This document shows, one piece after another, positions 43,845 through 58,686 of a stretch of DNA of 64,000 bases (position 1 is its first letter; every line of letters starts with the position of its first letter). The stretch lies in the NCBI RefSeq assembly GCF_009914755.1, contig NC_060941.1; one strand, given 5' to 3'. The notes below the pieces were generated by a model. That model saw only the letters and a program-made list of their open reading frames with translations. It made no database searches and was not told the DNA's origin. The position numbers and the translations under genes were made by a program. The DNA is from the human T2T-CHM13v2.0 reference genome, Homo sapiens.

Positions 43845-44620
43845 TTTTAAATTAGGGTAAAATACACATTACATTAAATTTGCCATCTTAACCATTACAA
43901 AATGCACAGTTCTATAGTGTTGGGGATATTAACACTATTCTGCAACCAATCTGCAGGACTTTTTCAACTGGCAAAAGTGAAACTCTACACCCATTAACAA
44001 CTCCCAATTTCGCCCTCCCCCCAGTTCCTGGTAACCGTCATTCTACTTTCTAGTTCTATGAGTCTGACTACTCTTCATACTTCATATAAGTAAAACCATA
44101 TAGTATTTGTCTTTTTGTGACAGGCTTAATTCACTTGCCCTAATGTCCTTAAGATCCACCTATGTTTTAGCATGTGTCAGAATTTCCTTCTTCTTTAAGG
44201 CTGAATAATACTGTATTGTATGTATATGCCACATTTTGTTTATCCAGTCATCCATCAACCAACATCTGAGTTGCTCCCATCTTTTAGCTACTGTGAATAA
44301 TCCTCCTATGAATGTGGCTGTGCAAGTATCTTTCAGACCCTGCTTTCAATTCTTTCAGAATACCCAGAAGTGGTATTACCAGATCATAGGGTAATTCTAT
44401 TTTTAATTTTTTCAGTAATTGCAATACCATTTTTCAATAGTGGCTGCATCATTTTACATTCCCATCAAGAGTGCACAAGTGTCCCAATTTCTCTACGTAC
44501 TTGCCAATACTTGCTATTTTCTGTTTTTTGACAGTGGGCATCCTAATGGGTGTGAGGTGGTATCTCATCATGGTTTTGATTTTATTTACTTAATGATTAG
44601 TGATGTTGCGCATGTTTTCA
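43845..44620 (-). mobile_element. L1MB-like 3' end, nested in an older L1ME-like remnant (~43730-45340)
   Basis: Antisense L1 3'UTR phrases (ttctttaaggctgaataatact, catcctaatgggtgtgaggtggtatctcat). Confidence 0.8.
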
Positions 44621-44781
44621 CATGTGGAACAAAACATACAGACATTAAAAAGATGTGAACTAAAAAACACTTTAAAAAATATACTGTTGAGTTAAAAAAG
44701 CAAGGTAAATAACAGCTTCACAGCATGCTACCATTTGAGTTTTAAAAAACCAGGAGGTGGGAAGAAACAAATATTGCATGT

Positions 44782-45153
44782 TGATATGGTTCGGCTGTGT
44801 TCCCACTCAAATCTCATCTTGAACTGTAGCTCCCATAATTCTCTTGTGGTGTGGGACGGACCCAGTGGGAGATACTTGAATCATGGGGGCGGTTCCCCCA
44901 TACTGTTCTCATGGTAGTGAATAAGTCTCACGAGAGCTGATCATTTTATAAGGGGAAACCCCTTTCACTTGGCTCTCATTTTCTCTCTTGGCTGCCACCA
45001 CGAAAGATGTGTCTTTGCTCTTCCTTTGCCTTCCGCCATGATTGTGAGGCCTCCCCAGCCATCTGGAACTGTGACTCAATTAAACTTCTTTCCTTTATAA
45101 ATTAGCCAGTCTTGGGAATGTCTTTATTAGCAGTGTGAGAACAGACTAATACA
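44782..45153 (+). mobile_element. THE1 (MaLR) solo LTR
   Basis: tgatatggtt...cagactaataca termini; ccatgattgtgaggcctccccagcc; 5-bp TSD CAT(G/A)T. Confidence 0.92.
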
Positions 45154-45352
45154 CATATATATGTTCATGTAAGTTTAGGGTATCTTTGGAAGGTTAGAAA
45201 AGAAATTGGTAATATGAATTTACTATAGGGGACGGAAACTGGATGGCCAAGGAACAGAGGTAAGAGAGAGACTTCTCACTGCTTATCTTTTTTGTGCCTT
45301 TTGAATTTTGAACCACATGAATGTGTTAACTGTTCTTAAAGATAAAGATTAA

Positions 45353-45673
<321 letters not shown>

Positions 45674-45730
45674 TCAGTGTAAGCATATCTGCTCCTAGCA
45701 ACTGAAACTTTATTTGAGAGTCTTTAAAAA

Positions 45731-46060
45731 GGCCGGGCAGCCGGGCACGGTGGCTCACGCCTGTAATCCCAGCACTTTGGGAGGCCAAGGCGGGTGGATC
45801 ACAAGGTCAGGAGATTGAGACCATCCTGGCTAACACGGTGAAACCCTGTCTCTAATAAAAATACAAAAAAAATTAGCCGGGCCTGGTGGCAGGTGCCTGT
45901 AGTCCCAGCTACTCGAGAGGCTGAGGCAGGAGAATGGCGTGAACCCGAGAGGCGGACCTTGCAGCGAGCCGAGATTGCGCCACTGCACTCCAGCCTGGGC
46001 ATCAGTGCGAGACTCTGTCTCAAAGATAAAAAAAATAAAAATAATAAAATAAGTAAAAAA
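45731..46060 (+). mobile_element. AluY
   Basis: AluY diagnostics; duplicated 5' gccgggca. Confidence 0.92.
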
Positions 46061-46999
46061 CAAAAGCATTTTAAAAGGAGGTGGGTGGGGGGCTTGTAGA
46101 GGAAAATGCATTTGACATATTTGTACACCAATAAGAAAACTATTTAACTAGGTTACAGATTATATGTTGCAGAACAGAAATAAATAAGACTGGATTGGTA
46201 AAAAGCGGCCCATGTATACAGGGAGTTGAAAGTCACGCCAAGGGATTTAGATTTGATACAGAAGAGAAATGCCAAGCTGCTGAAGGTTTTACTACATGAG
46301 AGTAACATAGTGAAAGATACTTATCATAGGACTTGAATAACTCTGAAATCTCAGTTCAATTTTTAAATTTTGTTTCTTTTCTTTCTTTCAGATACCTCAA
46401 AAGGGAGTTGATATAAGTCTAACAACACAGAAGGAAATAAAAGTGCCTGTGATTAAAGTGCTTTAAAATGATTAGCCACTTGGAACATTCCTCTGGGGAC
46501 TCAAAGGCAGAGCTTAGTCTCCTCAATCAGCAATAGAAATTAGTTTAGCCCCATAGATGTCTGACCCTCTACTTGAAAGACTCATGAGGTCATCCTGAAT
46601 ATCAGCCTTAATTATTTACTTCTGAAAGGTGGTACAAGTAATACATGAAATATTTAGGGTTCAGTGCTAGGGAGAAATACCAGATTTTTATCACCAGGGT
46701 TTGGAGAGATTTGATACTTATACAGGACAGAATAACTACTGCAGATGGATTCCAGTTTTTAAAGAAGCAACCTGTTCTAACTGTGGTATAAGTTAATGTC
46801 TAGAATCTGCAGTTTGACTCCCCAAATAATTTGCCATAAATGTCAACATCCCCTCTTTCTTGCCACCATGGTCCATGAATAACAAGTAGCACTCATAAGC
46901 TGCCAGGAATGGACAGAAGAATAAATGGGTCTTTGAGCTTCAGTCCCTGTACTCAGGACCATTGATTAGTTTGTGTAGCCTACAAGAAACAAAGCCTAC

Positions 47000-47103
47000 C
47001 TTTCTAAGGAGTGAAGGAAGTTAGAGACGCTATTCCGCAGGCTCACATCTGCCACGTGGAGGGCACCACACACAACCCCCAACATGGTGTCAGGTCGCTC
47101 AGC
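47000..47103 (-). CDS. ACACA: ACACA exon, 104 nt, [10 protein letters not shown]...HSLE(R) (BT domain)
   Basis: Acceptor TTTCAG, donor GTAGGC; phase 0-2. Confidence 0.96.
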
Positions 47104-47880
47104 CTGAAAGGAGGAAAAAGAGGGCAGATCAAATGCATGGTCACTTGGCACCACAGCCTCTCAAATGAAATCAGGCTCAAATTTGTTGTGATGAAACAGC
47201 TAGCAATGAAAATCTCCATTCTCACTGCCCAACTGATTTTTTAGATAAAAATGAACACATTCACTTTTAGAATTTGATTAGAGGCACCACTTGAAGAGAA
47301 ATGAAAAACAACTTTCTTCTTTTCTCCCTAAGACTTCCACTTAGCCAATCATTGAATAGCTCAAAAATAGGCTTCTGACAGAAATAAATTTAAAAAGACA
47401 CAACGATTTGGCTACTGATAATCTCAAAGAAAAACGGTGTATAGCCAAAATTTGGACCTCCAAATTATATGAATCTAACGATTTTATACAAAATCTTGGA
47501 TAATTTAGCATAGCCCCAGGAATTAAGGAATAAGTGATAACTCTTGATCTAAATGAGGCCTCTCTCTTCAGCATCTGGTAGATACAGAAGTTGGCAACTA
47601 TGGACCAGGTTTAACATTAAATGAAGAAAAAGAAAGTAATTAAATCCCTGCATGCCTCACTTCAAATATACCTCAGGAAGTAATGCTAGAACATAAAATG
47701 ACTGTGTGACACAAGCACAGGAACCATCAGAGTGCTAAAATTACACTGACTCCTAGATTTTTCCAGGTAGATCAAGAACCATTTACATTAGAATCAAATA
47801 AATTTCATGTAGTGACAGGGATTGAGTACACAAGTCTATAAAAACCCAATCCCAGCATCTGTTTGTGGAGAAATACACAC

Positions 47881-48031
47881 CTGTACTTTTTCTGCTATCA
47901 GTCTGTCCAGCCAGCCAGTATCAATTCTGTTCATCTGAAAGCTTTCAGTCTCTAACAATTTGATCAGGTATTCAACTGTAGTTCGAAAGTCACCCCGAAT
48001 AGACAGCTCCTTCAAAGCCACCACCATGTTT
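47881..48031 (-). CDS. ACACA: ACACA exon, 151 nt, (S)[15 protein letters not shown]...AEKVQ (end of BC)
   Basis: Acceptor TCCCAG, donor GTGTGT; phase 2-0. Confidence 0.97.
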
Positions 48032-48104
48032 CTGGGAGAACAGAAGCCAATCTGTTTCAGCAACAAACACTTTAATGTTTTTCAATAATTTTAAAGATCT
48101 GTTT

Positions 48105-48502
<398 letters not shown>

Positions 48503-49419
48503 TCATTCATGTGCATTCAAGAGAGGGAAATTTGCAAAAAGTCAGAAAACGTATGAATTCTAACTGATATTACCATAAGAGCATCAGCAAATCAGAAACA
48601 TTTCATTATAATGAGTACAGAACAAATTATAACAAATTATATGCAAGTCACCCTCAGCTTTTACTTACTAAGTTTCCATTATTCCATTCATTTGTTGTTG
48701 GCTAACAAGAATTAGGGCATTAATTCTCCCTATCCTTGTACCTTATTTATTTTATGTATAATTTACATACAATAAAATATACTTATTTTAAGTATACAGT
48801 TCAATGAATTTTCCCAAGTGCTTAATTTAAAGATTTCCATACAGTAAAGCAACTCTCTGGGTGCAGTCATATATCAGCCTGACACTGCATGTGACAGTGT
48901 TTTTTTTAAAACTGCATTTTGGATATCTATGCAATGATTTGCTCATTACTTTTATTACTTCCCAGTTAAGTGCAAAGTGATCCAATTTTAGCAGAATTTC
49001 AAATACTATGGGGCTTTTCTGTATATTTATGCCCAGTGTCTATCCTGCACGGGACAGGTACTTACTTCCACAAATACTAATTATGTACCTCATACTAATA
49101 AGACACATACTATGATTGTAAGGAAGAAAGAACATAAATACAATAATCACTTTCAAAATATATGGCAGAATATCATCAATGCCAGACAGAATACTTACAC
49201 AAAGTTCTGGAGAGGTTGTAAGAAGGGAGAAATTCATCTCCCTACAGTTTCATGAAAAATGTGGAAACTGACATGGGCTAAAGTATAGCTGATAATTATA
49301 ACTGTGAGAGGAATCATATTCCAGGTAGTCCAGGCATTCCCTCAGCCTAAAATATTATTCTGTTGCCCACCTCTGTCCTCCTTTCTGTGTCCTCCTTTGA
49401 CCTGACTTACTTCTACAAA

Positions 49420-49695
49420 CTTCAATTATCAATCTAGATGTCACTGTCTTCTGGGATACCTTCCCAGAACCCCTCTAGACTGAGTTAGTTGACTCATCTG
49501 TATGATCCTATAATGCCCTTAAATAATCTGACTATCATCATACTTAATACATTGTATTTTAACTGCCAATTGTCTTACACCCTCTGGATTGTAAAGTTTT
49601 GTGAGGAGAGAGATTCTATCTTGGACCTCACTGTATTGCCAGAACCAGTAGATAGCAGATACTCAGTAAATATTTGTTGAATACAATGAATGAAT
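49420..49695 (+). mobile_element. L2 3' end
   Basis: actcagtaaatatttgttgaat...aatgaatgaat terminus. Confidence 0.75.
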
Positions 49696-49696
49696 G

Positions 49697-50107
49697 GGCC
49701 TGGCACAGTGGCTCACACCTGTTATCCCAGCACTTTGGGAGGCCGAGTTGGGCAGATCACTCGAGGTCAGGAATTCGAGACCAGCCTGGCCGACATGGTG
49801 AAACCCGTCTCTACTACAAATACAAAAACTAGCTGGGTGTGGTGGCGGGCACTCCATGTCAGAAAAAAAAAAAAAAGAATAAATGAATGAACAGAGGAAA
49901 TAGCAAGAACAAAGAAGCAGAGGGAAGAAAATACAGGTTGACAAAATTAGCCAGGCATGGTGGCACGTGCCTGTAATCCCAGTTACTCAGGAAGCTGAGG
50001 CAGGAGAATCACTTGAACCCAGGAGGAAGAGGTTGCAGTGAGCTGAGATCGTGCCACTGCACTCCAGCTTGGGCGACAGAGCAAGACTCTGTCTCAAAAA
50101 AAAAAAA
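49697..50107 (+). mobile_element. Internally deleted AluS (49697-49876) plus a separate right-arm-only Alu (49941-50107)
   Basis: Each has its own TSD (AATGAATGAA; GAAAATACAG(G/C)TTGA). Confidence 0.85.
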
Positions 50108-50725
50108 GGAAAATACAGCTTGAGTTCAGGGAATGGTATGATTGAAGCAGAGGTATAAGGATAGGAATGAGTGGCTAATCCATTCAACCAACGTTTACTG
50201 AATGCTTACTATGTTCAGGGGATATAGCAGTAACAAGACACAGTCCTGTTCTCATGGTATTTAGATTATGACCCATGGGAAATTATACTGGAATATACTG
50301 GAATATATGAGTTGGGGCATTCTGGCAAACAAGAGTCCAAACCCCAAGCTGAGATATAGACCTAATGAAATGAAGAAATAAGAAACAAAGAAAGCTCTAA
50401 GCTGAAGAATGAACTTTTGGCATAGTGTCAAGAAGGAGACTTATTGTAGATAACGTATTTTTAACATGCTAAAAATTAAGCTAGTTAGCTTTGTACTGTA
50501 GACAAATGTACAGAGCTGGTCAGAAATAAGGAACAAGGCTTCTGGATTGGGTTATAGGACATTCCCTGAAGAAAATACACAGTGGTCTGCCAAATCAGGA
50601 CTTAAACCTAAATGCCAACAGAGGCCAGTCTGGGAACATAAATGAGTGAGGCAGACTGAATAGGAGCTGTGTTAACTACAAAGTTTATGTCCCGTCGAAA
50701 AGAAGCAGTCACACAAAACTAGCTG

Positions 50726-51057
<332 letters not shown>

Positions 51058-51450
51058 TAACAACTAGAATGTACAACCAATGTTGTCATTATAGTCCTAC
51101 TTTTAAGAGCTAGCAGAAATCCATATTTTGATTTCAATCTCCTGATTTTTTAATATTGTCAAATTAAAAAAAATTAACACTTTGTGAGCCCATCAAAACA
51201 CATCTGTATGTTGAGACTCACCAGAAAGCCAACAATTTGCAAGCTCTAGTGTAAACCTTTTTCACTTTGCAGAGCATAATATGGCAGCGAATATGCTTAA
51301 AAGGCAACTTCATACCAATGTTTTTTTCTGGTAGCAGTGTTTTAATTTTGAAAAATTCCACTTATAGTTTTGAAGAATGAGAAGAAATGTAAAGGACAAA
51401 ATAGAGAAATAATGAGATTTCCCTACTTCTAAAAATAATATTAAAAACTA

Positions 51451-51732
<282 letters not shown>

Positions 51733-52697
51733 TTAATTAATTCAGGAAATTGATAAAAATATAAAACTAATCAATAAGTGTTTATTAATACAAACAACCA
51801 TATATTAGGATTAATTACTAATAAACAAATGCTATTTATTAGTAATTAATACTAATAAACACTTATTAATTACCTACTCCATGTACAGTACAAAGGTAAA
51901 GGGAATGGTATTAAATGTTTGATACAAGGCAATAAACCATTAAAAAACAGAAAAGAACTAGTTCAAGTTTCAATTTTAGATAGATATTCCAAAAGATCTA
52001 AGCTGTTAAAATTACCTCCTTCAGCCCTATGTTTTAGGCAAGCAAAAGTGCTGTTAATTTAATATTCATTGTTTATGATTAACAGAATATTATCTAACAT
52101 TTATGATATAGCAGTTATATTTGCATAAGCTGTTATATACAGCATGCTAAGGTCTCTTGTATTAGCAATGTAGACAGTTTCTTTATGTCCTTTTCATAAT
52201 ATGAGCAGTATAATTTTATTATTTTAAATAACTATAAGAGTACATCATGGTGACTATGGCTCATAACAATAGATTGTGTACTTGAAAATTGCTAATAGAT
52301 TTTAAGTCTTCTCACAAGAAAAAAATAAAATAAAAGTCTATGATTTATTTGATACCTAGTTCTTGGCCAAGAATCTACCTCCCCTCAATAACAATACTGT
52401 TCCTGTGGAAAAATAAGATACCTTTAAAGCAATCAATTTTATACATTTATCAAAAATATTTGAAAGGAAAAATACTTCAAAAGGCTCAGAACAACAAACA
52501 GAAAAACATCTGCCAAGCACTGCATAATTTAATACAACATGAATGCAAGTGTAATTAAAGATATTCAAAATTTCTTCAAAAAGGTTGTTCATATTATTAC
52601 TTTGACAGCAGATGATTCCTATTCCCATGCTCACACCTTCACTTAAGATTAGCACAAATTTATTTTGTAAAATGCAATCAAATGCTATTATACTCAC

Positions 52698-52861
52698 GAA
52701 ATTGCCTCTTCTCTGTTTTCTCCCCAAGAAAAGCAGTGACCAAACTGAGAATCAGCAAATTCATGAAGTCCCCCTGCAGCAGCAACACTGAAATATCCCC
52801 AAACATTCTTATTGCTGCGGAAATTTAGCTCCTGAACTGTTCCTGAGCTGGGCTTAAAACC
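52698..52861 (-). CDS. ACACA: ACACA exon, 164 nt, [10 protein letters not shown]...NREEAI(S) (BC); absent from the ORF track
   Basis: Acceptor TAACAG, donor GTGAGT; phase 0-2; [10 protein letters not shown] motif. Confidence 0.97.
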
Positions 52862-53206
52862 CTGTTAGAGAATAAAGAATGAGAGACCATATTATGTTTC
52901 GAAGGAAGAGAAGATTTATATATTCATTGTTTAAGTTCTCTGTTAATCACACACAGAAGCAGAGAAGACACACAAAAATGATAAAGGCCAAGACCCAGTG
53001 CCACAGACCCACTGAAGACTCTACAGTGACTTAAGTGGGATTAAGTAACCAATGAAGCAACAACCATTTACTTATCTGCTCTGAGAAACCTCTATGTTTC
53101 CCACTCCAGAGGAAGTCCCAAGATATTTCAGAAGTATACTTTCAGATACTATCTTAACATTAAAGTTCATTAAAAGGAGGTATAAACCTTTTAAGTGATG
53201 GGTTAC

Positions 53207-53368
53207 CTCATCTGGATTTTCACTAGTGATCCGAGCAGCAATAACATGGCCCCTTGGACAAGGAACGTGTGCAGAATCTTCAAAATCAATGGGAGAATCA
53301 CCCCAGGGAGATACCCCATACATCATACGGATATCCTTGATTCTATATAGAGGAATCCCCATGGCAAT
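53207..53368 (-). CDS. ACACA: ACACA exon, 162 nt, [10 protein letters not shown]...TSENPDE (BC)
   Basis: Acceptor TTTCAG, donor GTAACC; phase 0-0. Confidence 0.97.
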
Positions 53369-54354
53369 CTGAAAGGTAATAAAACACACATCTTTAATTT
53401 TTCAGTTACTTCCCTTAAAGTGTAGAGGCTATCAGATAACCTAAAATATTTTTATTTTTGGAGCCACTCCCTAAAACATTCTATTTTTATAACCTGTATT
53501 CTACAATCATCAACTCTAAGTTGCTTGAAATACAATATATCACTACAGATAAGTAGTTAGAATATTCTCCACTTCTAAAGAAGTCCCCACATTCCTAATG
53601 CAACAGACACCAGTTCCCCTGTTGTCATTTCTCCATCACGTAATAAGAATGAAAATATCCAACAGAGGAGTAAATGTTAATAGCCATCCAAAAACAGACA
53701 GCTAGAAAGTCTTAATTGTGTCATAATTATCTCTTCCATCCCTGCAAACCACTGGAGGAAGTAAGTAAATCTTTAGTCTTTAATAGGAACCCAGAAGGTG
53801 TTCTCGATGTGGGCAAATGTTAGATAAAAATAATATCAAGCCTTATCATTAACTATTACTGCTTTCCATAATATTTGTTTCCTGGGCTGAGAGAAGACAA
53901 TAATATTGACAGCAAGCACTTTACAAATTATAAAAATATATGTGTGCTACCACACTCTTGTAAGGAAAAACTTCAACCACTAATCTCTGATGCAGAATTA
54001 TTTCAATAAAGAACACTAGTAAAAAAACAAAAATGAGTAGGGAATAATTATAATACAAAGTTGTGAAGTTTACTATAGCTAAATAATTGAATAAAGCATA
54101 CATTATTAACATTTATTTCTAAAACATGACACATTATATCAGATGTGTCTGGCTAGAAAAAATAACATTCCTATGTCTGTACTACATCAGGAAAACCAAA
54201 CCACACATGCATAACACATACAGGGTGAAAGAGAAATGACCATTAGGTGTGACTCAGATAGGAGGTGCTTTTCTCTTATCACACACTGGTTAAACCCATT
54301 TTTCAGGCCTCTCTGACTTTTCTAGGCTCTGCAACCCAGATCAGGGAGACTCAC

Positions 54355-54525
54355 CTGGAGCTGTGCTGCAGGGAGATTGACATCAGCCACCATCTCTGTA
54401 CAAGGGTGCTCTACCTGCAGCCGAGGATTCAATTCCAGAAAGTAGAAGCTGCCATCCTGGCTGTACAGGTATTCCACAGTCCCAGCACTCACATAACCCA
54501 CCATTTTGGCAAGTTTCACCGCACA
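54355..54525 (-). CDS. ACACA: ACACA exon, 171 nt, [11 protein letters not shown]...PAAQLQ (BC active site [10 protein letters not shown])
   Basis: Acceptor TTTGAG, donor GTGAGT; phase 0-0. Confidence 0.97.
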
Positions 54526-54876
54526 CTCAAAGAAGAGAGATAAGCAAACATAAGTATCTCACCTTATCCAACTGCTAGACCACTACAGCCTCTCACTGAC
54601 TCAACTGTTCAGTGTGTATAAGAGCCATCAAAAGCTTTTAGCCACATGAGAGCACATTTCTGATTATTATACAATATCCCTGGACAAGGATGAAAAACTC
54701 AATGAAAAATCGGGAGAAAAGAGCATTTTTCACTTTGCATCAAAAGCAACCTCACCCCACCAGACATAAATGCATGCAGACAAAAAAACATGGGGACAGA
54801 CTCTTGTCCAGTTTCCAGTATTTCCAATATGCTCCTCTTCTTCCTAGAAACATAGCTAACTAGTTAGAGACTAGAT

Positions 54877-55176
54877 TTTTTTTTTTTTTTTTGAGACAGA
54901 GTCTCACTCTGTCTCCTGGGCTGGAGTCCAGTGGCACAATCTCGTGGCTCACTGCAAACTCTGCCTCCCGGGTTCAAGTGATTCTCCTGCCTCAGCCCCC
55001 CAAGTAGCTGAGATTACAGGCATGCGCCACCATGCCTGGCTAATTTTTGTATTTTTGGTAGAGATGGGGTTTCCCCATGTTGGCCAGCCTGGTCTCAAAC
55101 TCCTGACCTCAAGTGATCTACTCGCCTTGGCCTACCAAAGTGCTGGGATTACAGGCGTGAGCCACCATGCCTGGCC
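54877..55176 (-). mobile_element. AluS
   Basis: Antisense full Alu. Confidence 0.92.
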
Positions 55177-55190
55177 TGGTTAGTGGCTAA

Positions 55191-55606
<416 letters not shown>

Positions 55607-57446
55607 TAAGTCATATTTTGAAAAGGAAATGTCTCATTCTCTATTCCTGGCTTTTTCCTTCTTATTCATTGGAACATAGTCATGATAGTATAAGCCAACT
55701 TCAATCATGCAAATGAGAACACACTAAGAACACCAAGAAAAGAAAGGAAAAGAAAAGAAAGAAAAAGAAAAGAAAGAATGAACCTGAATCCCAAGATGGT
55801 CTCGTGGAATAAAACACTTCCACCAGCCCTGAAAAGCTCACCTCAGACTAGGATGGGAGAGAAAAATAAACTTCTATTTTTGGGGGGGTCCGCTGTGTTT
55901 TTTGGACCTTTTTGTTATAGCAGTTTAACCTGTATCCTAATCGATACAGGAATTATTAAGTGCAGGTAGAATGTTGCTGTTTAAAAATATTAAAATATGA
56001 GATGCTAGCTTAGCAAAAGGGTAGTGGGTAGCAGAGAAACAGATACTGCAGGCTGGAAAGGTGATAATCTCCTTGTTGGGATAACACAACATTTGGTAAA
56101 CTGTTTCCTACAATAACTTGGGATACTGACCACACACCAACTAAACCTTAAAAAAGATGGTCTGAAAGGGTCAGAGTGTCGAAAAAGCCAACTTCTTTTG
56201 TATCCCCCCAAACAGAAAATGAGATTATCACCCTGAAGCAACTCAGTGTCAAAGATCAAACGTGCTGCTTTAGTTTCAGCTGGCCCCAAGATAGCCAATA
56301 TTAAATCAAGGCAAGAGAGATAGGCTAAGCACAGAAGCCAGTAAATAATAGAAGAAAAGTTTCTATATCTAGAAGAAATCTATGAGTATGATTAATCCAA
56401 CCCAAAGCTGATTGCAAGCAAATAGCCCAGAAGCTTAGTTAAGTATTTGAAGGAATTGTATTTCTAAACAAACCACAAACCTGGCCTTCAAAAGCCTGCG
56501 ACTGATGATTGGGATATTTGTGCCCTCAATCCTGCACCAGCAGGAAGTGGGTTGTGAAAGTTCTGCCAAAGAAGGCATAGTCTCCAAAGCCCAACTCACA
56601 GAGAAAACTGAATGAGGAAGAACTTCCCAGAAAACAATGTCAGGTGTCTTGAAGGACAATGAACAAGGGATTTACTCCCTTATTGCACTTCTCTGGAGTG
56701 TGCAGTAGCAGAACCAGGGACAGCCAGGTCTAACTGAGGTAGTATTCTATTATATAGCAGGGAATCATTGCAATTCCTACCTAAAAAGGAGGATTTGATA
56801 ACTGCTATGGACCAACGATTGCTATGTATTTTTCATTTTTCCAAATGAGAGTTATCCTGTTCCTATTCCATCATTGTATATGGGTGTATGGTGAAGGCAG
56901 GGGATATAATACTGGGTAAATAACTTGTATTTTGAGTCACTGGCCCATGAAAAGCCACAATACATATCTAATGGAGAAGAATATACATCATATAGAGATC
57001 CGGAATCACCTCCAGTAATAACCCATCCAGTTACTAGTAACTGGATGGGGCTTCAGGTTGTCTTCCTTGGACAAAGGCTATGTGTGCTCTGAAAGTAGGA
57101 AAAAGGATAAAGGGATAATAGGTAGCCAGAGGAACAGACTGAGGCACAGATTATGAAATGCCCTCCAGTGACTTTTCTCTACTTCATCATTTTAGGAATA
57201 AAATCGAAATTTTTGCTGAGCACATGGTCACCCAGTTAGTGATCACAATTCCTAACATCCTTTGTGCTAGGTATAATTGTGTAACTGAATTTTGTCCAGT
57301 GGAATGTGAGCAGAAGTGATGTATGTGACTTCAAGATCATGCTTCCATATGCTTGCCCTCCACATCCCCTGTCTCTTCCTCCCACAGGCCACAATGTGAA
57401 CATAATCTTGTGTGAGTTAGCTTAATCATGAAGATGACAATGTCCA

Positions 57447-57640
57447 AGAGCAAAGTTTGGCAAACTTTTTTGGTAAAGAGCCAGATAGTAATTATTTTCA
57501 ATTTTGTGGGCCATATAGCCTCTGTCACAACTATTCAATTCTACCATTGTAGTGATAAAGCAGCCATAAATAACACATAAATAAATAAGCATCATTGTGT
57601 TCCAACAAAATTTTATTTACAAAAACAGGCAACAGGTGAG
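57447..57640 (+). mobile_element. MER58A-like hAT fossil
   Basis: ttggcaaactttt...gtaaagagccagatagta...aaagcagccata...tgtgttccaacaaaattttatttacaaaaacaggc. Confidence 0.8.
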
Positions 57641-57727
57641 CAATAAACCTGTTTCTGGTAACAGCTCATCTCTGAACTATGATGAAAGAGAAATAGAAAC
57701 TTACACCTTGTTTAAGCCACCGTATTT

Positions 57728-58031
57728 TGCTTATTTATTTATTTGTTTTGAGATGGGGTCTTGCTCTGTCACCCAGGTTGGAGTGCAGTAGCATGATCAA
57801 GGCTCACTGCAGCTTTGACCTCCCAGTGTCAAGTGATCCTCCCACCTCAGCCTCCCAAGCAGCTGAGAGTACAGACGTGTGCCATGACACTCAGCTAATT
57901 TTTGTATTTTTAGTAGAGATAGGGTTTCACCATATTGCCCAGGCCGGTCTCGAATTCCAGGGCTCAAGTGATCTGTCCGCCTTAGCCTCCCAAAGTGCTA
58001 GGATTACAGGCAAGAGCCACCATGCCCGGCC
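57728..58031 (-). mobile_element. AluJ
   Basis: TSD AAGCCAC(C/T)GTATTTT. Confidence 0.9.
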
Positions 58032-58686
58032 AAGCCACTGTATTTTGAAGGCATCTTTATTACAGCAGTTCAAGAGTACATCCTAATATATACACAACAT
58101 AGGAAATAGACCTCTAACACACATGAAATATATTTTGAAGAATCTATTTTGATGTAGAGACTGGGTTAGGACTCCAGAAAAGACTATGTTCAGGCCTCTA
58201 AACTATAGTTATTCCGAAGGCATCGCTCATGACTTTGAGAAACTACTTTCTATACAAAAAGATAGAATGTGTGAACTCTGAAGATATTTAGAGGACTTTC
58301 CAAAAACGATAATAGAGTTGATTAAATTCAGCTGAAGACTTGATGATACTCAACCCAGCAAATAAAACTACCTGATTATGAGCCTCTTAAAAAAATCAAT
58401 CATAAGATTAAAAATTCCAAAACATTTCTCTTCTTTATCCCTGTATCCTGAAATGGTACGCTGATTTTTTTTAGAAAGCGTTAACTACTTTTAGAAGCTT
58501 GACATGTTCCTTGACAATTCTCTTAGTGGGAGAACAGTAGAATTTTTTTTCTCTAAGAAAAGGATATAATTTTATTAATTATTCAGAATCGTTGCTTAAA
58601 ATGCCATTGTTCTCAGATTGGTACATGAACTGAATGAAAAATGTTCTATGTAAGAAAACATAAAGTAAGCCTTTTAATATATGTAC

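Larger units (their letters stand above)
55800..58093 (+). mobile_element. MLT1 (MaLR) remnant: LTR end, internal part and LTR, interrupted by MER58A and an Alu
   Basis: MLT1-like ends (ttgttatagcag...cctaatcgataca; ttacagcag...cctaatatataca) and ggaatgtgagcagaagtgatgtatgtgacttc. Confidence 0.6.
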
